From: Macrostomum lignano
Taxonomy: Eukaryota
DNA length: 64,000 bases
Direction: 5' to 3'
Assembly: GCA_002269645.1 (NCBI GenBank)
Contig: NIVC01000327.1
Coordinates: 372,001-436,000 of the forward strand
Part shown: in pieces, positions 55,085 to 64,000 of the stretch
Layout: each line of letters begins with the position of its first letter
How positions within the stretch are numbered: the stretch's first letter is position 1
Translations under genes and position numbers: made by a program
The notes under the pieces: generated by a model
What the model saw: the letters and a program-made list of their open reading frames with translations, nothing else
Database searches by the model: none
Told to the model about the DNA's origin: nothing

Positions 55085-55705
55085 CTGTAGCTGGCGCCCC
55101 CTCTGTAGCTGGCGCCCCCTCTGTAGCTGGCGTCCCCTCTGTAGCTGGCACCCCCTCTGTAGCTGGCGCCCCCTCTGTAGCTGGCGTCCCCTCTGTAGCT
55201 GGCACCCCCTCTGTAGCTGGCGCCCCCTCTGTAGCTGGCACCCCCTCTGTAGCTGGCGCCCCCTCTGTAGCTGGCACCCCCTCTGTAGCTGGCGCCCCCT
55301 CTGTAGCTGGCACCCCTCTGTAGCTGGCGCCCCCTCTGTAGCTGGCGCCCCCTCTGTAGCTGGCGCCCCCTCTGTAGCTGGCACCCCCTCTGTAGCTGGC
55401 GCCCCCTCTATAGCTGGCGCCCCCTCTGTAGCTGGCGCCCCCTCTGTAGCTGGTGCCCCCCTCTGTAGCTGGCGCCCCCTCTGTAGCTGGCGCCCCCTCT
55501 GTAGCTGGCACCCCCTCTTTAGCTGGTGCCCCCTCTGTAGCTGGCACCCCCTCTTTAGCTGGTGCCCCCTCTGTAGCTGGCACCCCCTCTGTAGCTGGCA
55601 CCCCCTCTGTAGCTGGCGCCCCCTCTGTAGCTGGCGCCCCCTCTGTAGCTGGCGCCCCCTCTGTAGCTGGCGCCCCCTCTGTAGCTGGCGCCCCCTCTGT
55701 AGCTA
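55085..55705. repeat. 18-bp minisatellite (CTCTGTAGCTGGCGCCCC)n
   Basis: Reverse complement of 46898-47935. Confidence 0.94.
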
Positions 55706-55840
55706 CGAAGATATTAATGGCAGACGAGGAAATCTCCCAGTTATTATCTTGAAAGCGGATCCTTCGACCCTCTGTTTTGTTTAAAGTTTCATTTCAACTC
55801 CGTTGTTTCTCCGTCGCTCCCGAGTGCTCAGCTTCAGCCC

Positions 55841-58800
55841 TCAGCAGGTGCCGCCGCCAGGCCCGGTCACCGTCACCAGACCGTGCGGATTCGCCGAGTT
55901 CACCGAGCCGCCTGTGACGCTGGAGCAGCCGACACCGGAGCAGTAGGAGCCGCCGCCGCCACCAGCTTGGTCGCGGTTGACGCCGGCTCCGCCGCCGCTG
56001 TAGCCGCCACCGCCTCCGCCAGAGGATTTGCACTGGCCTTCGCAGGCGCTGCCGCACTTGACGGCACCGGCGCCGCAGCCACCGCCTCCGCCGCCGCCGA
56101 AGCCTCCGGTGCCCGTGCCGCTTTTTCCTCCAGCTCCGCCAGCGCCTTCGGTGCTGTCGAATAGCCAGCCGCCTCGTTCACCGTCGTAGCTGCTCAGTCT
56201 GGGGTTGGCGGCCTTGCCACTCCAGCCCGAGCCGCAGCCGCCGTGCCTGGCCAGGTTCTCGACATCACTCGGCTGGTTGTAGCCAGCAGCTCCGTTGGCA
56301 CCGCCGTGGTCGAAGCTTTGCCTGCCCGAAGTCGATGGGGTTGCGCCGGTGCCGTTCACGCCCGACTGGCCGGGTACACCTGAACGAAACAGCAGTGTTT
56401 GTAGAGAAGTCAGTCAGTGAGTCAGTGAGTCAGTGAGTCAGTGAGTCAGTCAGTGAGTCAGTGAGTCAGTGAGTCAGTGAGTCAGTCAGTGAGTCAGTGA
56501 GTCAGTCAGTGAGTCAGTAAGTCAGTGAGTCAGTCAGTGAGTCAGTAAGTCAGTGAGTCAGTGAGTCAGTGAGTCAGTGAGTCAGTGAGTGAGTCAGTGA
56601 GTCAGTGAGTGAGTCAGTGAGTCAGTGAGTGAGTCAGTGAGTCAGTGAGTGAGTCAGTGAGTCAGTGAGTGAGTCAGTGAGTCAGTGAGTGAGTCAGTGA
56701 GTCAGTGAGTGAGTCAGTGAGTCAGTGAGTGAGTCAGTGAGTCAGTGAGTCAGTCAGTGAGTCAGTAAGTCAGTGAGTCAGTCAGTGAGTCAGTAAGTCA
56801 GTGAGTCAGTGAGTCAGTGAGTCAGTGAGTCAGTGAGTGAGTCAGTGAGTCAGTGAGTGAGTCAGTGAGTCAGTGAGTGAGTCAGTGAGTCAGTGAGTGA
56901 GTCAGTGAGTCAGTGAGTGAGTCAGTGAGTCAGTGAGTGAGTCAGTGAGTCAGTGAGTCAGTGAGTCAGTGAGTCAGTGAGTCAGTGAGTCAGTCAGTCA
57001 GTCAGTCAGTCAGTCAGTCAGTCAGTCAGTCAGTCAGTCAGTCAGTCAGTCAGTCAGTCAGTCAGTCAGTCAGTCAGTCAGTCAGTCAGTCAGTCAGTCA
57101 GTCAGTCAGTCAGTCAGTCAGTCAGTCAGTCAGTCAGTCAGTCAGTCAGTCAGTCAGTCAGTCAGTCAGTCAGTCAGTCAGTCAGTCAGTCAGTCAGTCA
57201 GCTCACCATCAGAGGACTGTGAAGCTCCGCCGCCGCCGCCAGCAGCTACCAGGAGCTGCTTCGGGCTGCTGTTGATGAACACGAAGCTGCCGCCGCCTCC
57301 GCCGGCACCGCCAGCCTTGTCATTGGGCTCTGCGCCCGCCTGGCCAACAAGGATGCTCAGAGTTGTGTCCAGAGTCAGGCTGAAGTTGCCCTTGGCCAAG
57401 GCGCCTTTGCCGCCCAGCGGGCCGCTGCTGGTGCTGTTGCCGCCCCAGGCTCCGGAGGCCTCGATGAGGTAGCAGCCAGTGGCGTTGATTGACAGCTGCT
57501 GCACCGAGCCGGAAGGTCCTGTGCTCGAGTCTGGTAGTTTGGAGTAAAATTAAAACTCATGTATAAAAGTAGGGCCCATGGTCGATATATAGGATTAATT
57601 GTTTTAAGACAGTGGTTGTAAAGTACGAGTATTTTATAGAGAATCCAGCTTCATGGGTGCGGGCCTGATGAGAGTGGAAAGGATAGGGAATGGAAGAAGA
57701 GAGATGAGAGAAGAGAGGAGAGATGAGAGAAGAGAGGAGAGATGAGAGAAGAGAGGAGAGATGAGAGGAGAGAAGAGAGAGGGAAGAGAAGAGAGAGTTT
57801 GAGATGAGAGAGGTTGAGAAGAGAGAAGGAGAGAAGAGAAAGGTTGAGATGAGAGATGTTGAGAAGAGAGGAGAGAAGAGAGAGGTTGAGATGAGAGAGG
57901 GGAGATAAGAAGAGAGAAGAGCTAGGGGAGAGAAGAGAGAGGGGAGAGAAGAGAGAGGGGAGAGAAGAGAAAGGTTGAGATGAGAGATGTTGAGAAGAGA
58001 GGAGAGAAGAGAGAGGTTGAGATGAGAGAGGGGAGATAAGAAGAGAGAAGAGCTAGGGGAGAGAAGAGAGAGGGGAGAGAAGAGATAGGTTGAGAAGAGA
58101 GAGGTTGAGATGAGAGAGGTTGAGATGAGAGAGGTTGAGGTGAGAGAAGAGAGGGGAGAAGAGTAGATTTAGAGAAGAGGAGAGACGGGACACGAGACTG
58201 AGAGAAGAGGGACCCCGCTGCTTAAAGACAAAGTTAAAAAAAACTTTCTGAAGGCCATTTTAATCTACAATATACGACCAAACACAGCTAAAGAGGTCTT
58301 GAAGACTTTTAACAGCTTTTTTTGCCAACGACCTTAATTTAGAAAGTCTGGACATTTTTGGTTGTTCGAATGAGTGCTTTTACTTACTTCGAAATACATG
58401 TACGGACGTCGGCTTGAACCGGCGTTGCCCAACCTGGCTGTCGAAGTCCTCTCGCCGCCACACGCGCATGCCGGAGTCGCCCAGCTCGGCTCCCAGTCGC
58501 CTGTCCACGCGAGTCTCCTGAGCCTGCTGGCCCAGAGAATCGTGGTGCACCAACAGCTGCTGACAGAAGCCGGTCGATGGAACGAAGGCGGCCGCCAGAC
58601 AGTCACGCGACCGACAGACGGCGAGGCACTCGGAGTCGGAGCGCAAGCCGGTGGAGTTGAAAAGCTCGCTGCTCGAGGAGGCGTTGAGCTGGACCGGGGC
58701 CTCCGTGAGCTCGAATGGCGGCACGTCGGCTGCGAGCAAGTTGGGGAGATCGGATGGGAGTTGCGTGACAGGATGCAAAAGTGCAAGCTGTACTTCTGGT

Positions 58801-59248
58801 AGAAGAAGAAGACTTTGATAGAGTTAGCTGGTGTCCCACTGGCTAGCGACGGGGTCACTGAAGATGTCAGGAGAGACAGTGGGGTGTCAGAGGACATACG
58901 CAGTGAAGATGTCAGGAGAGGCAGTGGGGTGTCAAAGGACACACGCAGTGAAGATGACACGAGAGACAGTGGGGTGTCAGAGGATACACGCAGTGAAGAT
59001 GCCATTAGAGACAGTGGGGTGTCAGAGGATACACGCAGTGAAGATGTCAGGAGAGGCAGTGGGGTGTCAGAGGATAAACGCAGTGAAGATGTCAGGAGAG
59101 ACAGTGGGGTGTCAGAGGACACACGCAGTAAAGATGACACGTACGGAAGCTTAAATATCATTTAACAAAACTGACGCTAAGAGTTGACCTTACCATAAAC
59201 CAGAGAAGTCAAGAAGGCCAAAGTGTACAGACTTAATGCTAATGTCAT
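55841..59248 (-). CDS. Copy 2 (intact): secreted signal peptide + PAN/apple-like + ALK/LTK-type glycine-rich domain protein, 441 aa; exons 59248-59194, 58795-58388, 57530-57207, 56379-55841
   Basis: Exons of 55+408+324+539 = 1326 nt join in frame through phase-1 GT-AG introns. Signal peptide MTLALSLYTLAFLTSLVY. PAN-like ECLAVCRSRDCLAAAFVPSTGFCQQL. GRD motifs TGCYLIEASGAWGG, LSILVGQAG, GGGGGSFVF, LLVAAGGGGG, GGFGGGGGG, GGGYSGG, GGGGSY. Confidence 0.85.
56408..57200. repeat. (GTGAGTCA)n/(GTCA)n microsatellite in intron 3 of copy 2
   Basis: Direct observation. Confidence 0.97.
57690..58205. repeat. GA-rich repeat in intron 2 of copy 2
   Basis: Direct observation; the homologous intron of copy 1 is only 92 nt. 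Confidence 0.9.
58855..59140. repeat. 45-bp minisatellite in intron 1 of copy 2
   Basis: Reverse complement of 43890-44580. Confidence 0.92.
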
Positions 59249-59787
59249 GTTGCAATGTTCCAGTACGCTCGTACAGTTTGAGTTGGAATTTTTTGCACTG
59301 AAATTTCTTGGTGCGATGGTCCCGAGTTCCTAAGTTTCCCTGTTAATATGCTTCCGAAAGAAGACAATTGCGATGCAGTCACGATGAGTCTGCTTGATAG
59401 GGTGCGCTGCTTTTGCCTCGGGCCAAAAAAAATTATGGGCGGGCTTTTTTTACAAGAAGTTAAAATTAGGCTCGTTAAACTCGAGTGCACTTTAATGCAT
59501 CTAGAGTCGAAGTAGTCTAATTAGTGTTCACGGCACATCTTCAAAGAGTCCCTACCCCTATTGTCTATTAAACAATGGGACGGGAGCCACCCACCTGCCT
59601 GAATACATGCACCTGCAGCAAGCAGGAAATTTTTTAATGAGACAGCAGAAGCTGCATCGCATGCTTTAGTTGCTAAGTGGTGGGTGACTACGGAGAAGTA
59701 AGACAGTTCTTAGTAGCTAAAAGCAAAAACCTATGCCAAAAGCAAGAACCAAGCTTTGACAAACAAATTCTGAGCAAAATACGTTAC

Positions 59788-60365
59788 TCGTAGAGACCAA
59801 TAGAGTTGATCTCAGTCAGGGGACATCTAGAGACCAATAGAGTTGATCTAAGCACAGTGAGGGGACATCTAGAGACCAATAGAGTTGATCTCAGTCAGGG
59901 GACATCTAGAGACCAATAGAGTTGATCTCAGTCAGGGGACATCTAGAGACCAATAGAGTTGATCTAAGCACAGTGAGGGGACATCTAGAGACCAATAGAG
60001 TTGATCTAAGCACAGTGAGGGGACATCTAGAGACCAATAGAGTTGATCTCAGTCAAGGGACATCTAGAGACCAATAGAGTTGATCTAAGCATAGTGAAGG
60101 GACATCTAGAGACCAATAGAGTTGATCTAAGCACAGTGAGGGGACATCTAGAGACCAATAGAGTTGATCTAAAGCACAGTGAGGGGACATCTAGAGACCA
60201 ATAGAGTTGATCTCAGTCAGGGGACATCTAGAGACCAATAGAGCTGATCTAAGCACAGTGAGGGGACATCTAGAGACCAATAGAGTTGATCTAAAGCCCA
60301 GTGAGGGGACATCTAGAGACCAATAGAGTTGATCTAAAGCACAGTGAGGGGACATCTGGAGACCA
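59788..60365. repeat. 37-42-bp minisatellite (GGGACATCTAGAGACCAATAGAGTTGATCT core)
   Basis: Direct observation. Confidence 0.93.
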
Positions 60366-60875
60366 GACATCTACTATAGCAATAATTAAATTTTTATTGA
60401 AATAAGGCAACGAACTCAAATGCAAAATTCTTTCTCAAGAAATAAATTTATCAATCCCAATTCAGGCAGCAAAAAACCAGATGTTAAATTAACCAAATGA
60501 TTCCACTCAGCTGCTAGTAAATAAAATATTTACTTATTTATTATAAATAATCTTGCAATACTCAAACACACTACTGACAGCGGCACAAAAACACAATGAC
60601 AAACCCAACTAAGCATGGGATTAAAGCGAATTTAAATTCAAACAGATCAGAAAGTTACGGTAAGAGATATAAAAAACATCAAATTACCCACAAAACTGTT
60701 AGCACGGGAAGCAACATTCTTAGAAATATGAGCAACAAAATATAGATTGTATATTTATTTAAGAGTAGATAAAAATAGAGACACAAAAACTGCTACAAAT
60801 TGCAAAGCTGTGTGCAGGGAGTGCTCGACAAACGACAGCCGGGGTGCCGCCACTTGGCACTGAAATATGCCTGTA

Positions 60876-62185
<1,310 letters not shown>

Positions 62186-62639
62186 AACAAAAAAATCAGA
62201 TTCAAAGTATTCAGAGATTTGTCTTAACAAGCAGCCATTAACAACAACAAAAAATAGAAACCTCCTTCAAATTTTATCGGCGCAAAATAGATACGTCTTG
62301 TCACACTACTTGCAATAAAAAACGGCACCAATAGTAGAATAAAGCGCACACGAACAACCAAATTTGTTTAAAAAAGTTTAAAAAAGACAACTCATCAATT
62401 ATTAAAAGCAAGCAAATTGCTTCTGGCTGATAAATCGAATGTTTTTAGATTTTAGAATCAATGCAAAATATTTTTTAAAGGAAAATTGTTTCAATTTTGG
62501 TTATCAATGATTAATTTTTCTCCACAACTGGCGAGTTTTCTGCGGTGGGTGGCTGAATCACAATCCTGGGCGCGTCTAGCAGCAGTGGGTTCGATTCCTC
62601 CGGTCTGTCCGAACTGTCCGAAGGGGGTGAGTTATTGGA

Positions 62640-63605
62640 TTTGTGTCCGAAAGATAATGGACTTGTGTCCAGAGGATTTGTGTCCGAGTGACAATAAATG
62701 AATCCGAGAGATAATGGACTTTGTCCGAGGGATAATGGACTTGTGTCCGAGAGATAATGGACTTGTTTCCGGGAGATAATGGACTTGTGTCCGGGAGATT
62801 TGTGTCCGAGAGACAATAGATAGGTGTCCGAGAGATAATGGACTAGTGTCCGAGAGACAATAGATAGGTGCCCGAGAGATAATGGACTAGTGTCCGAGTG
62901 ACAATAGATAGGTGTCCGAGAGATAATGGACTAGTGTCCGAGAGACAATGGACTAGTGTCCGAGAGACAATAGATAGGTGTCCGAGAGATAATGGACTAG
63001 TGTCCGAGAGACAATAGATAGGTGTTCGAGAGATAAATGGACTAGTGTCCGAGTGAAAATAGATAGGTGTCCGAGTGACAATAGATAGGTGTCCGAGTGA
63101 CAATAGATAGGTGTCCGAGTGACAATAGATAGGTGTCCGAGAGATAATGGACTAGTGTCCGAGTGACAATAGATAGGTGTCCGAGAGATAATGGACTAGT
63201 GTCCGAGTGACAATAGATAGGTGTCCGAGGGATAATGGACTTGTGTCCGAGAGATAATGGACTTGTTTCCGGGAGATAATGGACTTGTGTCCGGGAGATT
63301 TGTGTCCGAGAGACAATAGATAGGTGTCCGAGAGATAATGGACTAGTGTCCGAGTGACAATAGATAGGTGTCCGAGTGACAATAGATAGGTGTCCGAGTG
63401 ACAATAGATAGGTGTCCGAGTGACAATAGATAGGTGTCCGAGTGACAATAGATAGGTGTCCGAGAAATAATGGACTAGTGTCCGAGTGACAATAGATAGG
63501 TGTCCGAGAGATAATGGACTAGTGTCCGAGTGACAATAGATAGGTGTCCGAGGGATAATGGACTAGTGTCCGAGAGACAATAGATAGGTGTCCGAGAGAT
63601 AATGA
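62640..63605. repeat. 22-bp two-variant minisatellite (GTGTCCGAGAGATAATGGACTA / GTGTCCGAGTGACAATAGATAG)
   Basis: Direct observation; abuts the SLC4 stop codon. Confidence 0.94.
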
Positions 63606-63612
63606 ATTTGGA

Positions 63613-63999
63613 TTAATTAACATACCCGGCCGCATCGTCCTTCCTAGGCCGTCGTTGCATCTGGCCCCGCTTACCAGCGCCCTTCTCGTCCATCTCGTCC
63701 GACACATTGAAGGTCACTTCGATAGATTTTTTCTTTTTAACAGCGGACGAATGAGCGACGCCCTGTGGAGTTTCAGACATTGGCATGTCGACTGTTGCGT
63801 CGTTTTTGTTGGACTCGGGATTTGAACCGTCCGTTCCTCGTCCGCAGCACAGCGTGATGGGGGGCATGATGTCGTCCAGCCACCTCAGCTCGGTTGTAGT
63901 GAACAGGTGGTTCAGCGCCCATCGCACGAAGCACATGGCCAGCACCATGACGGGGAACAGGATGGAGATTGCCGAGATTGCTTTCACAACCCAAAGCAG
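63613..63999 (-). CDS. 3'-terminal coding exon of an SLC4-family (Na+-coupled) bicarbonate transporter, partial
   Basis: LLWVVKAISAISILFPVMVLAMCFVRWALNHLFTTTELRWLDDIMP matches the SLC4 last-TM/C-terminal motif (FP.MVLAL..VR...D..FS..EL.WLDD.MP). The frame is open to the window edge and stops at TAA 63613-63615. Confidence 0.88.
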   Translation of the reverse strand: MLWVVKAISAISILFPVMVLAMCFVRWALNHLFTTTELRWLDDIMPPITLCCGRGTDGSNPESNKNDATVDMPMSETPQGVAHSSAVKKKKSIEVTFNVSDEMDEKGAGKRGQMQRRPRKDDAAGYVN

Positions 64000-64000
64000 G

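Larger units (their letters stand above)
54205..59480 (-). other. Right arm of the inverted segmental duplication
   Basis: Reverse-complement homology to 43630-49095. Confidence 0.9.

Noticed and set aside
56408-56995. Dense TGAGTCA (AP-1) motifs as an enhancer
   Set aside because: A by-product of a simple GTGA/GTCA microsatellite; it is absent from the paralogous intron and has no independent support.
60780-60875. Cys-containing stretch suggestive of a transposase C-terminal finger
   Set aside because: Cys spacing is not consistent in any one frame, stops occur nearby, and no transposase core is present.

Overview
This is eukaryotic (metazoan) genomic DNA with spliceosomal GT-AG introns. 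It is very rich in mini- and microsatellites, and nearly every intron carries its own tandem array. That style resembles the flatworm Macrostomum (inference from sequence style only). Most long ORFs in the track are artefacts of tandem repeats. Spliced genes I could reconstruct by hand with consistent intron phases: (1) a two-domain SSAT/diamine N-acetyltransferase-like GNAT gene (+, 991-3952); (2) DNAAF6/PIH1D3 (+, 6579-11082), whose single intron holds (3) a same-strand rabphilin/Noc2-like Rab-binding zinc-finger gene with its own poly(A) signal; (4) a dissatisfaction-like NR2E nuclear receptor (+, 22315-27785, first exon unresolved); (5, 6) a tail-to-tail inverted duplication of a secreted signal peptide + PAN + ALK/LTK-type glycine-rich-domain gene, with the + copy disrupted and the - copy intact; (7) the 3' end of an SLC4 bicarbonate transporter (-, window edge). 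Mobile DNA includes an internally deleted Gypsy-type LTR element with LTRs, PPT and a near-perfect TSD, a tRNA-derived SINE, a foldback hairpin and a 49-bp palindromic insertion with a 7-bp TSD. No CRISPR array, rRNA or intact tRNA was found.
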